Source: Armatimonadota bacterium (GTDB lineage Bacteria > Armatimonadota > Fimbriimonadia > Fimbriimonadales > GBS-DC). Taken from it: a stretch of 64,000 bases of DNA. Of this stretch, positions 50,382 through 60,623 are shown in pieces. The stretch is from the NCBI GenBank assembly GCA_037445735.1, contig JBBIJY010000009.1:1-64000 (forward strand), given 5' to 3'. The notes under the pieces were generated by a model, which did not search any database, was not told where the DNA came from, and saw nothing but the letters and a program-made list of their open reading frames with translations. How positions within the stretch are numbered: the first letter of the stretch is position 1; each line of letters begins with the position of its first letter. Both the position numbers and the translations under genes were made by a program.

Positions 50382-51131
50382 GTGTTTGTTGTGAGCCTGA
50401 AAGGTATCGCAGCAGTGCTTGTGGTAGTGTGTGCTGGCACGCTGGCACATGCCCAGACTGTTCTGTGGGACACCGGGGCGCCACACCAGGTGGTCTTTAA
50501 TAACAATCCCACCTATCTGGGCTATGTGTCAGGGAATGCAGGCGCCGGGCTGGAACAGCGCTGGGCGGCTATCCCCTTCCGTCTGCCCGGACCCATCTCC
50601 GTGATCACCCAGATTGATGTGGACTGGTTCATCGTCGCCGGTCAGGAGGCGGAAACCGTTAACTACATTATCTGGCGTCGGAACGGTTTGAATCGCCCCG
50701 TGGATGGTGACCAGGTAGCATCAGGGGTGCTTGGTGCCTTTGGCCCGGGCATCGATGATCCGCGTGTACCTGGCACCGAGGATTGGCTCCATCAGTACAC
50801 GGGTTTGAATATCTCTCTGCCCGGGGGCGACTATTACCTCACCGTTTACGGGGATGGCGGGACGGCTCCCAATGTTATTGCCTGGCTCACTGGAGGCGAC
50901 CTGCAAGCCGAAGACCTGGAGCAGGGGTTTATGTGGCGCTCGGCGACCTTCCCCAATCCCGGATTCCAGCAATATGCTCCAAGCACCATTCAGCCTGCGC
51001 CGGGTCAGGACCCCGACGATCGCTGGAACCCATCCTTCACCATCTATGGGTATATCGTGCCTGAGCCAGCAACTCTACTGGCACTGAGCGCGGGGCTGGC
51101 AGGAGTTGCACTCCGTCGACGGAAGCGATAG
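50382..51131 (+). CDS. PEP-CTERM sorting domain protein
   Basis: Signal peptide ending AHA; C-terminal VPEPATLLAL..RRRKR; start may be 50391. Confidence 0.9.
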   Translation: MFVVSLKGIAAVLVVVCAGTLAHAQTVLWDTGAPHQVVFNNNPTYLGYVSGNAGAGLEQRWAAIPFRLPGPISVITQIDVDWFIVAGQEAETVNYIIWRRNGLNRPVDGDQVASGVLGAFGPGIDDPRVPGTEDWLHQYTGLNISLPGGDYYLTVYGDGGTAPNVIAWLTGGDLQAEDLEQGFMWRSATFPNPGFQQYAPSTIQPAPGQDPDDRWNPSFTIYGYIVPEPATLLALSAGLAGVALRRRKR

Positions 51132-51152
51132 CAGCCTGCCTTCGGTCCGACT

Positions 51153-51189
51153 CATCCCACCCCCTCTGCATGAGGGGGTGGGATGTTTT
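51153..51189 (+). terminator. Intrinsic terminator
   Basis: catcccaccccctc-tgcat-gagggggtgggatg followed by tttt. Confidence 0.8.
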
Positions 51190-51207
51190 ATGGGGATGCG
51201 GCGCTTC

Positions 51208-52521
51208 CTATGGGCGGGCGCGATACTTCTCGTAGAGCCGAATGTGCTTGCTGGTCATCTCGATGGGGCGTCCAGCAATCCACACCTGGCGCACCTGCGT
51301 GCGGATGTCCAGCGGGTCGCCCGTGGTGAGAATGAGATTCGCGTCTTTGCCGGGTTCGATCGTGCCGAGCCGATGCTCCAGCCCCAGAATGCGCGCAGGG
51401 TAGAGCGTGATGGCTTTCAGACCCTCTTCGTAGGGCAATCCGAAGGCGACCGCCGTCGCCACATGGTAAGGCAGGTTGCGCACATTGCTGTCATCCGCGC
51501 TGGCGATGCAGAACAGCACGCCCTTCTCGTGGAGCCGGCGCGGCTCGGTGAACGGCTCGTCATACGGCGCGTCCTCGCTGCGAGGGAGCTGATGCACGCG
51601 CTGTAAGATCACGGGCACACCCTTTTCGCGCAGTAAGTCGGCGACTTTCCATGCCTCGTCGCCGCCCACAATCACGATTCGCACCTTCTCTTCCTCCGCC
51701 CAGCGGACGGCTGCCTGAATGCCCAGCGCACTGGTAACGCGCACAAACAGTAGCAGCTTGCCCTCCAGGATGGGTAGCATCGCTTCGAAGCGCGGGTCGC
51801 GCTCGTGCAGGGGTACGCCGTCTTTGCCTTCGGTGCTGCGAGCGCGGGCGTAGCGGCGCGCGTTCTCGAAAAACTCACGCAGCGGTCGCATGCGGCTCTC
51901 CCAGTCGCGCAGGCGCGACTCCGCCGACTGACCCGCCTCGCCCGACGGCGATGGGAAGTTCACAAAGACCCCAATCGGTGTCTTGAGGCACATGTCTTCC
52001 CATGTCCAGCCGTCCAGATTGATCACGCAGCCCATGCCCGACAGCATGCCGCCGCTGGGCGCGACCACCGCCGTGGTGATACCGTTCACACGGGCGACAG
52101 GGATCAGCTCCGAATCGGGATTGATGGCGATTTCGGCGCGCACATTCGGGTTGAACGCGCCCGTCTCGGCGGTATCGTTGGTGGCGGGCACGGAGCCGAC
52201 CTCGGTCAGCCCCAGCGTGGTACTGGCATCGATGAAGCCCGGATAGAGGTGCAGCCCCTTCGCATCGTACACCTGCGCATCGGGCGGCACGCTCACCTGC
52301 GTGCCCACCGCCTCGATGCGCCCGTCGCGAATCAGCACCGTCGCGCCCTCTATCGTCGCGCCACTGATCGGATGAACCGTCGCATTAACAATCGCGTAAA
52401 CGCCCTTCGTGGTGAGCGGTCGCTCGCGCGACGCCGTGTACACGGGTCCCAGCGAGCTGCCAGACCCATCCCACGCCAAGCCACCAAGCCATAAACCCAG
52501 CATCCACAGCCATGCACGCAT
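51208..52521 (-). CDS. Secreted amidohydrolase-superfamily protein
   Basis: LYPGFID, GITTA, AITLYPARILG, GTIEPGKDANL. Confidence 0.85.
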   Translation of the reverse strand: MRAWLWMLGLWLGGLAWDGSGSSLGPVYTASRERPLTTKGVYAIVNATVHPISGATIEGATVLIRDGRIEAVGTQVSVPPDAQVYDAKGLHLYPGFIDASTTLGLTEVGSVPATNDTAETGAFNPNVRAEIAINPDSELIPVARVNGITTAVVAPSGGMLSGMGCVINLDGWTWEDMCLKTPIGVFVNFPSPSGEAGQSAESRLRDWESRMRPLREFFENARRYARARSTEGKDGVPLHERDPRFEAMLPILEGKLLLFVRVTSALGIQAAVRWAEEEKVRIVIVGGDEAWKVADLLREKGVPVILQRVHQLPRSEDAPYDEPFTEPRRLHEKGVLFCIASADDSNVRNLPYHVATAVAFGLPYEEGLKAITLYPARILGLEHRLGTIEPGKDANLILTTGDPLDIRTQVRQVWIAGRPIEMTSKHIRLYEKYRARP

Positions 52522-52668
52522 AGCGAATCTTCCTTTTCACGCCCCGAAGCCACTTTCCTGCAAAAGCGCGGCGAAAACCCGATAATTAATCGGGAACCTG
52601 ACGCGCCAGCGCACCGACAGAAGGCATGTGGATGGGGTACAATAGAATCGCATGGAGGACGAAGCGGA

Positions 52669-53073
52669 ATGAAGAAGATTCTGGTGGTAGATGACGAGCG
52701 ACACATTGTGCGCCTGATTCAGGTCAACCTGGAGCGTCAGGGCTATCAGGTCGTCACGGCACACGACGGGAAGGAGGCGCTGGAGAAGGTGGCTTCCGAG
52801 AAGCCCGATCTGGTCGTGCTGGATGTGATGATGCCCTATATGGACGGTTTTGAGGTTCTGCGCCACCTGCGGCGCGATCCGGAGACGGCGGAGCTGCCCG
52901 TGATTATGCTGACCGCGAAGGCGCAGGATATGGATGTGTTCCGCGGGTATCAGGAGGGCGTCGATATGTACCTGACGAAGCCGTTCAACCCGCAGGAGCT
53001 GCTGGCGTTTGTGCGACGGATTTTCCGCGCACGCGAGACAGGTGAAGATGGTGAAAGCCGCTACCAACTCTGA
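52669..53073 (+). CDS. Single-domain response regulator
   Basis: VVDDE, LDVMMP, LTA, KPF. Confidence 0.93.
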   Translation: MKKILVVDDERHIVRLIQVNLERQGYQVVTAHDGKEALEKVASEKPDLVVLDVMMPYMDGFEVLRHLRRDPETAELPVIMLTAKAQDMDVFRGYQEGVDMYLTKPFNPQELLAFVRRIFRARETGEDGESRYQL

Positions 53074-53275
53074 GGGTCGCGCTCGCTACTGGTATGGCTG
53101 GATGCTCGGCGCAGCGGTGATTACCGCCGCGATTACCGCGCTGGCGGTCTATCGGCGCGTGCAGGAGCGCCACGCGCAGCCCGAATATCGCGCGGAGCGC
53201 GCCTATCAGCGCGGGCTGAAACAGGTGCAGACGGTGGAGGAGCGCATCCCGCGCTGGCTGGCGGAGCGCAGCTGA
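53048..53275 (+). CDS. Small single-TM hypothetical protein
   Basis: WMLGAAVITAAITALAVY hydrophobic stretch followed by a helical tail. Confidence 0.5.
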   Translation: MVKAATNSEGRARYWYGWMLGAAVITAAITALAVYRRVQERHAQPEYRAERAYQRGLKQVQTVEERIPRWLAERS

Positions 53276-53341
53276 GCGCCTGCCAGAAGCCGTTCGCAAC
53301 GCGACACACCCAACCCCCATCGCTATTCATGGAGGCACAGC

Positions 53342-54610
53342 GTGGCGGTTAAAGTGGTGGTGGGCGCCCAGTGGGGCGACGAAGCCAAAGGCAAAATCGT
53401 CGACCTGTTCGCACAGGATGCCGATTTCGTCGTGCGCTACGCCGGCGGTAGCAACGCCGGACACACCGTCTGCACCGATGGACAAACCTATAAGTTCCAT
53501 CTGATCCCCTCCGGCATTCTGCACCCGCGGGTGACGCCCGTGATCGCCGACGGCGTGGTGGTGGATCTGTGGGCGCTGGAGTCGGAAGCGGACGCGCTTG
53601 CCCGACAGGGCATCGATGTCTCACGCCTGCGCATCGGGCTGGGCGCGCACCTGACCCTGCCCTACCACCGTATGCTGGACGAGCTGAGCGAATCGCACGC
53701 TGATGGGCGGCTCGGCACCACCCGCCGCGGCATCGGACCCGCCTACGCCGACAAAGCCGCCCGAATCGGGCTGCGCATGGCAGACCTGCTGGACCCTGAA
53801 CGCTGTCGAACCCGCCTGCTGCGCGTGCTGACCACCCGCAACGCGACCTTTCAGCGGGTGTATCACGCGCCGCCCCTCGACGCCGACGCGCTGCTAACTG
53901 AACTGATGCGCCTTGCAGAGCGGTGGCGGGCATGCCTCGTGGATGTGCCTGCCCTGCTGATGGACGCGCTGGATGCAGGACGCGGAATCGTGCTGGAGGG
54001 CGCGCAGGGAACCCTGCTCGATCTGGATTACGGCACCTACCCCTATGTGACCTCGTCGCATCCGGTGGCGGCGGGCGCATGTCTGGGCACGGGCATCCCG
54101 CCGCGCCAGCTGGACGAAATCTGGGGCGTGGCAAAAGCCTACACCACGCGCGTGGGCGAGGGACCCTTCCCGACGGAGCTGGCAGACGAGGTGGGCGACT
54201 ATATTCGTGAGCGCGGGCGCGAGTATGGCACCACCACCGGGCGCGCCCGCCGCTGCGGATGGCTCGATCTGGTCGCCCTGCGCTACGCCGCCCGAATCAA
54301 CGGCTTTGACGCGCTGGCTATCACCCTGCTCGATGTGCTGTCGGGATTGCCGACGCTTCGAGTCTGCACCGCCTATCGGCTGGGTGGGAGGCTCACGGAG
54401 CGATTTATCCCCGACGGCTTCACCCTCGCCCGCTGCGAACCCGTCTATACCGAGCTGCCAGGCTGGCAGGAGGACATCAGCGACTGCCAGCAGCGCGACC
54501 AGCTGCCGCCAAACGCCCAGCGCTATCTGGAGTTCATCGAATCGTATGTGGGCGTGCCGATCCGAATCATCTCCGTCGGCGCCAGCCGCGAACAGACCAT
54601 CCTCTGCTGA
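53342..54610 (+). CDS. purA: Adenylosuccinate synthetase
   Basis: GAQWGDEAKGK, NAGHT, EGAQG, GTYPYVTSS, GTTTGR.RR.GW.D. Confidence 0.97.
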   Translation: MAVKVVVGAQWGDEAKGKIVDLFAQDADFVVRYAGGSNAGHTVCTDGQTYKFHLIPSGILHPRVTPVIADGVVVDLWALESEADALARQGIDVSRLRIGLGAHLTLPYHRMLDELSESHADGRLGTTRRGIGPAYADKAARIGLRMADLLDPERCRTRLLRVLTTRNATFQRVYHAPPLDADALLTELMRLAERWRACLVDVPALLMDALDAGRGIVLEGAQGTLLDLDYGTYPYVTSSHPVAAGACLGTGIPPRQLDEIWGVAKAYTTRVGEGPFPTELADEVGDYIRERGREYGTTTGRARRCGWLDLVALRYAARINGFDALAITLLDVLSGLPTLRVCTAYRLGGRLTERFIPDGFTLARCEPVYTELPGWQEDISDCQQRDQLPPNAQRYLEFIESYVGVPIRIISVGASREQTILC

Positions 54611-54671
54611 TACTGTGGCAGGAGTGTCGTGCTAACCGTCGAATCGCTGGGTCGAGAGCGAGGAGAGGCAG

Positions 54672-55388
54672 ATGCTGATACCGATACGCGACCATAACCC
54701 GACGCGGCGGTTCCCTATCGTCACGGTGGCGCTGATAGTGGTCAACACCATCGTGTTCCTGATGCAGCAGTTCGACCCGCACATCACGCTCTACTACTCG
54801 GCGATACCTGCGGAGGTGCTGCGCAATCAGCCCGGCGTCCTCTATGTGCCTGTGGAGGTGATGCCGGGCATCGTTCAGCGTGTGCCCATCGAGCGCGAGG
54901 TTGCGCCTCAAATCACCCTCTTCACCTCGATGTTTCTACACGGTGGCTGGCTGCACCTGATTGGCAACATGTGGTCGCTGTGGATATTTGGCAACAATGT
55001 GGAGGACACGCTGGGGCACTGGCGCTATCTGGTTTTGTATATCGTGTGGGGCTATCTGGCGGCGTGGTCGCACATTTTGCCGAACATGAACTCCACAGTG
55101 CCGGTGGTGGGCGCGAGCGGCGCGATTGCGGGCGTGATGGGCGCGTACGCGCTCCTCTTTCCGCATGCGCGACTGGACTGCATGCTGCTCTTTTTCGTGC
55201 TGACCTTCGTGGAGGTGCCCGCGATCTTCTTTCTGGTGTTCTGGTTCGTGTCGCAGTTCTTTGTGGCGTCGCCCGGGATTGCCTATCTGGCGCATATCGG
55301 GGGTTTCGTGGCGGGCTGGGTGACCATCAAACTGCTGGGTGGTCGCGACGCGCTGCTGCCCCACCGCCGCTACTGGGACGATTACTGA
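54672..55388 (+). CDS. Rhomboid intramembrane serine protease
   Basis: FLHGGWLHLIGNM, GASG, AHIGG. Confidence 0.93.
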   Translation: MLIPIRDHNPTRRFPIVTVALIVVNTIVFLMQQFDPHITLYYSAIPAEVLRNQPGVLYVPVEVMPGIVQRVPIEREVAPQITLFTSMFLHGGWLHLIGNMWSLWIFGNNVEDTLGHWRYLVLYIVWGYLAAWSHILPNMNSTVPVVGASGAIAGVMGAYALLFPHARLDCMLLFFVLTFVEVPAIFFLVFWFVSQFFVASPGIAYLAHIGGFVAGWVTIKLLGGRDALLPHRRYWDDY

Positions 55389-55491
55389 TTCAGACGGAAA
55401 AAAAAACCCGAATCGGGACTAAAGCCCCTTTTCCATCGCCAATTTTGGGGTATACTTTAGGTGCAGGTTCATTACCTGCAAAGGAGGCTTA

Positions 55492-58400
55492 ATGAACAAC
55501 CATATGATTCACCCGCTGCCTGGCAGCTGGGGAGCGAAGTTGCTTCTGGCAAGCTGTGTGTTCGTGATGCTGGCGAACGCTGCCCCAGAGGGAACCTGCT
55601 CTTCTAATGCTTGCGTGTTGCCTGCGACCATGCAGGCGCTGGAGCAGCAGATGCGTGAGGCGTATCAGGCGCGCAAAAGCTGCAAACCCGAACCCCCGAT
55701 CGAAGTTCGGCTCGAACTGGCACAGTCGCCTGTGCGGAGTCAGCCCGTGCAGGTGGTCTTCTCCGTGTTGCCGTTTGAGTTCCTGCACAACGCCGAGATC
55801 AGCTGGGATGTATCGGAGGGCATCAGCGTGCTGAGCCGCCCCCAGCCCCTTCAGAACCTGCAGATCGACACCAAGGGCGTGTCCCAGTATCGGCTAACGG
55901 TGCAGTTCAACCGTGCGGGCAAGTACGAGATTGCGGCATCGGTGGTGGAGCGTGGCAACGGCTTCACGATGGGTCGGCGCGTGCATCTCTATTTCGATGT
56001 GCGTCCCGACGGCACGATTGAGGTGAGCCGATTGCCCTTCTGGGAGCCGCTTAAGGAGCCGCCCGCAGCGCAGGAGGTTCCTCCATCCGAACGGATTACG
56101 CCGCCTGCCCCCGATTCGCTGGCGCATCTGGGCATCCCACCTGCCCCCCAATCCGAACCCGTGAACGACGACGAGACCGTTTCGCCTCAGGGTCCCACGG
56201 GCACCGCGCGCGTGCGCGGCTACTTCTACTATCGCCACCGCGATGGAACCCTGCATGGCGCGTACGGCGCCCTCGTGCAAATCTGGGACGACGACAGCTG
56301 GTCGGGTGATGACCTGCTGGCGGAAGCCGTCTGCGGGAGCGACGGCTTCTTTGAAACGCCCGACTTCGACAACGGCAACGATGGCGACCCGTTCGATGAC
56401 GCCTCACAGGAGCCGTATGTGCGCTGGTACGCCCGCAACGGGCGCGTGAATGTGGTGCATTACACGGGCGGACATAACTTCCAGGTGAACGGACCCTCAA
56501 GCACCGACCTGCCCGATGGCGTGTGGGATATTGGCGGCTGGTTCATCGATACCGATGGCCCCGGCAACTATCCCGATGATGGCTGGGAAGCCGCCTACGA
56601 GATCTGCGACGCGCTCAGTCGCGCCTGGGCAAGCTACTACTACGGGCTGGGCTATGACCTCGCGCTCATCAACTGCCGCTGGCAGGAGGGCGGCTCCGAT
56701 GGCGCCTACTATGAGGGCGGTTCCCAGCGCATCACCCTCCGCGATGGCGACCAGCAGGACGACTCGGTCATCTTCCACGAATACGGGCACCATGTGATGC
56801 AGGTGGTCAAGGGCGGTTTCCCGCCCGGTTCTGGCGGCGCTCATAGCTGGTTCGGCTGCTACAACGGCGGACTCGCCTGGAGCGAAGGCTGGGCAACCTA
56901 CTCCGGTCAAAGCTCGCTGGGCGGTACCACCTACTGCGACACACCCGGCGTGGGTGATTCGGCGAACTTCTGCGTGAATGTGGAGACGACCACAGGCAAC
57001 TGCTTCGACGGCACCGTTGGCACGACAGGTGAAGCCTCCGTGCTGTCCTCGCTCTGGGATGTGTATGACAATCTGGCGGGCGACCCCCATCCGCGGGACC
57101 GCCTCGCGCTGGGACGCAGCGCCATCTGGGACACCTTCGTCAACGGCGGAACCCTCAACCACATGCTGGACTTTGTCAATGCATGGTTCGCGCGCGGGTA
57201 CGACTACGACTCCGCCTTTCGCGATATTATGCGCGACCACCGAATCCTGGCGGAAATCAGCAACTTCGTGACGGTGGAGATCGACCACACCTATCGGGGT
57301 GACCTGGTGGTGGATGTGGGCGTGGGCAATCCCGACGCGCCGCTTTATTCCAAGCGTATCTGGAACCGCGCAGGCGGCAGTGCGGACAACCTCTACATTC
57401 AGGAGAGCGTGGCGGACGCGCCCAGCTTCTACCTGAACAACCCCGACGAGAGCGTGGTCTGGTTCTGCAAAGTGTACGATGCTGCGGGCCTGGATCAGGG
57501 CACCCTGCGCCGATTCAGCCTGACCACTAACAACACTTATGTATCGGGCAATGTGCCCCAACCTGTAACGGACTTCAACGCGACCTATGCCTTCTACCCG
57601 ACGCGCACCGCACGCCACGCCCTGATTGGGCTGGATCACACATACAGGGGCGACCTCGTGGTGACGATAGGGGCTGGCGATCCGAGCAGTCCGCTCTGGA
57701 GCCGCGTGGTGGCAAACCGCACGGGCGGCTCGCTGGACAACATGTGGTGCCAGGTGGACCTTTCGAGCGCCGCCGCGTTCCTACCCCCTGACCCGCGCAC
57801 CTGCGACATGCGCGGCTGGTGGGTCAAAGTGGAGGACCGGGCAGGCGCCGATGAGGGCACGCTGCACACCTTCCTCATCAATAACAACGGCAGTATCACC
57901 GACACGAACGATGCGGATCAGCCGATTGTGGACTTCAGCACCAGCTACCTGCGTCAGTGGGGCGACAGCGTCTGGACCGCAATTACACCCGTTACGGGCG
58001 CTTACGGACAGACCGTGCCGCTGAGCGTGCGTATGAATGCTGTCAATCTGGTCAGCTGGATCTGCAACCGCGCCATCGCCTTCTCCGTGGCGGGCAACCC
58101 TGCGGGCAGCGCGAACACCGATGTCAACGGCTGGGCAAGCGTCAACTACACCATCCCTGAAAGCCTTGCCGTCAGCACGCATAATGTGACCTTCGCCTTC
58201 GCGGGCGACTTCTTCTTCAGCGCGCGTACCGCGACCGTCGCCGCGCTGACCGTGCAGAAGGCGAACACCAGCCTCAGTGTGGTGAACCGCTCCGGCTTCA
58301 TCGGGCAGACGATTCAACTGCAGGCGACGCTCCGCCGCACCACCGATAACGCGCCGCTGACAGGCAGAAGCGTGCAGTTCCGCATCGATGGCAACCCCGT

Positions 58401-58716
58401 CGGCAGCGCAAACACCAACGCCTCTGGCATCGCCACGCTCAACTACACCATCCCGAATATCGCCTGCGACAACCACACCATTCAGGCGGTCTTTGCGGGC
58501 GACAGCTGGTACAACGCCGGCTCAGGCGACGCCACGCTGACCGTTCGCCTGCAGGGCGATGTGAACGGCGATCACGTGGTGGATGACGCCGACCTGCTCG
58601 CGGTGCTGTTTGCGTTCGGTCAGACAGGGAGCCGCCCCGAAGATGTGAACAGCGACGGCGTGGTGGATGACGCCGACCTGCTGATTGTGCTGTTCAACTT
58701 CGGGCAGAGCTGCTAA
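55492..58716 (+). CDS. Secreted zincin metallopeptidase-like protein with two P-domain-like repeats, Ig-like repeats and a dockerin-like tail
   Basis: HEYGH..SEGWA; HTYRGDLVV twice; GSANT..G.A..NYTIP twice; GDVNGD.VVDDADLL twice, ending FGQSC. Confidence 0.8.
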   Translation: MNNHMIHPLPGSWGAKLLLASCVFVMLANAAPEGTCSSNACVLPATMQALEQQMREAYQARKSCKPEPPIEVRLELAQSPVRSQPVQVVFSVLPFEFLHNAEISWDVSEGISVLSRPQPLQNLQIDTKGVSQYRLTVQFNRAGKYEIAASVVERGNGFTMGRRVHLYFDVRPDGTIEVSRLPFWEPLKEPPAAQEVPPSERITPPAPDSLAHLGIPPAPQSEPVNDDETVSPQGPTGTARVRGYFYYRHRDGTLHGAYGALVQIWDDDSWSGDDLLAEAVCGSDGFFETPDFDNGNDGDPFDDASQEPYVRWYARNGRVNVVHYTGGHNFQVNGPSSTDLPDGVWDIGGWFIDTDGPGNYPDDGWEAAYEICDALSRAWASYYYGLGYDLALINCRWQEGGSDGAYYEGGSQRITLRDGDQQDDSVIFHEYGHHVMQVVKGGFPPGSGGAHSWFGCYNGGLAWSEGWATYSGQSSLGGTTYCDTPGVGDSANFCVNVETTTGNCFDGTVGTTGEASVLSSLWDVYDNLAGDPHPRDRLALGRSAIWDTFVNGGTLNHMLDFVNAWFARGYDYDSAFRDIMRDHRILAEISNFVTVEIDHTYRGDLVVDVGVGNPDAPLYSKRIWNRAGGSADNLYIQESVADAPSFYLNNPDESVVWFCKVYDAAGLDQGTLRRFSLTTNNTYVSGNVPQPVTDFNATYAFYPTRTARHALIGLDHTYRGDLVVTIGAGDPSSPLWSRVVANRTGGSLDNMWCQVDLSSAAAFLPPDPRTCDMRGWWVKVEDRAGADEGTLHTFLINNNGSITDTNDADQPIVDFSTSYLRQWGDSVWTAITPVTGAYGQTVPLSVRMNAVNLVSWICNRAIAFSVAGNPAGSANTDVNGWASVNYTIPESLAVSTHNVTFAFAGDFFFSARTATVAALTVQKANTSLSVVNRSGFIGQTIQLQATLRRTTDNAPLTGRSVQFRIDGNPVGSANTNASGIATLNYTIPNIACDNHTIQAVFAGDSWYNAGSGDATLTVRLQGDVNGDHVVDDADLLAVLFAFGQTGSRPEDVNSDGVVDDADLLIVLFNFGQSC

Positions 58717-58739
58717 CCGCAGTTAGGCAACCCTTCAGG

Positions 58740-58778
58740 GCACGGGGGGTACGCTCGCCTCCCGTGCTTTTTTTTTTT
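58740..58778 (+). terminator. Intrinsic terminator
   Basis: gcacggggg..ctcccgtgc followed by a long T run. Confidence 0.85.
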
Positions 58779-59173
58779 CACAGGCGGAAAGCATGAGGGA
58801 GCAGCTCGGCTAAGGTGAAGCGTGCCACGGGGTGTTCCGGGGTGGCAATCAGCACAGGCACAGCCTGCGGGTTCGGGGCGAACTCCATCAGCACCTGTCG
58901 GCATGCGCCACAGGGTGTGCCGCCATCCATCGTGACGACCGCCAGCGCCACGATTTCGCGCGCGCCGTCGGCAACCGCGTGAAAAACGGCGGCACGCTCG
59001 GCACAGATGCTCAGCCCATAGCTGGCGTTCTCCACATTACAGCCCGTAAAGATTCGCCCGTCGGCGGTACGGATTGCTGCGCCGACCGCATAGTTCGAGT
59101 AGGGCGCATAGGCTCGCTCGCGCGCCTGCCGCGCCCGCTCAATCAGTTCCTGCTCCTCCGGGCGAAGGCTCAT
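58778..59173 (-). CDS. cdd: Cytidine deaminase
   Basis: AYAPYS, GCNVENASY..CAER, PCGACRQ. Confidence 0.95.
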   Translation of the reverse strand: MSLRPEEQELIERARQARERAYAPYSNYAVGAAIRTADGRIFTGCNVENASYGLSICAERAAVFHAVADGAREIVALAVVTMDGGTPCGACRQVLMEFAPNPQAVPVLIATPEHPVARFTLAELLPHAFRL

Positions 59174-59505
59174 TCGTCGTCCTCTGAATCGTCCGCCGCG
59201 CCTGCCAGCTCCTCTTCGAACATGGCTTCCATCTCGGCAGGGTCTTCGTCCATCGCCGCGCTCATCTCGCGCAGGAAGCTGCGCATCGTGCGGGGATCAT
59301 CGGGGTCGCCTGCCATCTCCATGCGGTCGGCAAGGTCGTCCAGCATCTGGTCTTCGGTGCGCAGGCGGGCGACGCGCGATACGAGCCGTCGCGACTGCTG
59401 CGCCCCGCAGTGCGGGCAGGTCTGCGGCTCGTCCCGCTCCGCGATGCTCAACAACAGCGTGAACCGTCGCCGACACGCCTGACACCGATACTCGTACAGC
59501 GGCAT
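59170..59505 (-). CDS. FmdB-family zinc-ribbon protein
   Basis: MPLYEYRC..C..F, CPHCG. Confidence 0.85.
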   Translation of the reverse strand: MPLYEYRCQACRRRFTLLLSIAERDEPQTCPHCGAQQSRRLVSRVARLRTEDQMLDDLADRMEMAGDPDDPRTMRSFLREMSAAMDEDPAEMEAMFEEELAGAADDSEDDE

Positions 59506-59506
59506 A

Positions 59507-60433
59507 TCAGCCCATCACCTTCTGGATGGTCTCTTTCAGCACGCCTGCCGAGCTTTGCAACGCCGTCCGCTCCTCGTCGCTGACCGAAATCTCGACGATT
59601 GCCTGCACGCCCGTGCGTCCCAGTCGTGTGGGCAGGGAGAAGCACACATCGCGGATGCCGAGCGCGCCCGTCTGCAGGGTGGACACAGGCAGAATCTGGC
59701 GGCTGTCCTGCGCGATCGCGTTCACCACCTCGCAGATGGCGACGCCGACCGCATAGCCCGCGCCACCCTTGAGCCGAATGACCTCCGCGCCGCTGCGCCG
59801 CGTGAAGTCGAAAATCTCGTCCATCTTCTCCCGGCTGTAGCCCGGGTAGTCTTTGAGAGGCACGCCCGCGATGGTCGCGCTGCTCCAGATGGGCACCATC
59901 GAGTCGCCATGCTCGCCCAGAATGAGCGCGTTCACATCGGTGGCTGCCACCTGGAAATACTCCGCTAACAGCGAGCGGAATCGGCAGGTGTCCAGCACCG
60001 TGCCCAGCCCGATCACGCGCCCGGCGGGCAGTCCCGACTCTTTGACCGCCAGATAGGTCAGCACATCAACGGGGTTGGACACCACCAGCAGGATGGCATC
60101 CGGGGCAAGCGACACGGCGCGCAACGAGCCGAGAATCTCGCGGAACAGCCCCACATTGCGATTGATCAGCTCCAGTCGGCTCTCGTCGGGTCGGCGGCGC
60201 AGCCCGGCGGTGATAATCACCAGATTGGCGCCATCGAGCGCGTCGTAGTCGCCCGCATAGATTCGGATGGGTTGCGACATGGCGGCGCCGTGCCGCAGGT
60301 CTAACGCTTCGCCTTCCGCCGCCTCGCGATTAATGTCCAGCAACACGATTTCGGAGACCGCGCCTTTGAGTTGCAGGGCATAGGCGGCGTTGGAGCCGAC
60401 CCGCCCGCCTCCGCCGACAATACCAACCTTCAT
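59507..60433 (-). CDS. LDH/MDH-family dehydrogenase, probably malate-specific
   Basis: GGGGRVG, TAGLRRRPDESR, SNPVD, LDTCRF, GEHGDS. Confidence 0.85.
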   Translation of the reverse strand: MKVGIVGGGGRVGSNAAYALQLKGAVSEIVLLDINREAAEGEALDLRHGAAMSQPIRIYAGDYDALDGANLVIITAGLRRRPDESRLELINRNVGLFREILGSLRAVSLAPDAILLVVSNPVDVLTYLAVKESGLPAGRVIGLGTVLDTCRFRSLLAEYFQVAATDVNALILGEHGDSMVPIWSSATIAGVPLKDYPGYSREKMDEIFDFTRRSGAEVIRLKGGAGYAVGVAICEVVNAIAQDSRQILPVSTLQTGALGIRDVCFSLPTRLGRTGVQAIVEISVSDEERTALQSSAGVLKETIQKVMG

Positions 60434-60527
60434 CCCATAGCCCTCCAGAAAAGGAGTATACCCGATGCTGCAGGCTGGTGTGCAGCACCAGAATTGCAGC
60501 TCGGCTGGCGTTTTCCGGCAGAGTGGA

Positions 60528-60623
60528 AGCGGCTAAAGCCGTTCGCCGGCAAACGATGCCCGCATGCGCCGATTTGAGCTGACGCGAGTCCGCTCCGTTT
60601 GCCCAGGAACGGCTTCAGCCGCT
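60528..60623. repeat. Inverted REP-like doublet (family C)
   Basis: agcggctaaagccgttc (60528-60544) and gaacggcttcagccgct (60607-60623), 16/17 complementary. Confidence 0.65.
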
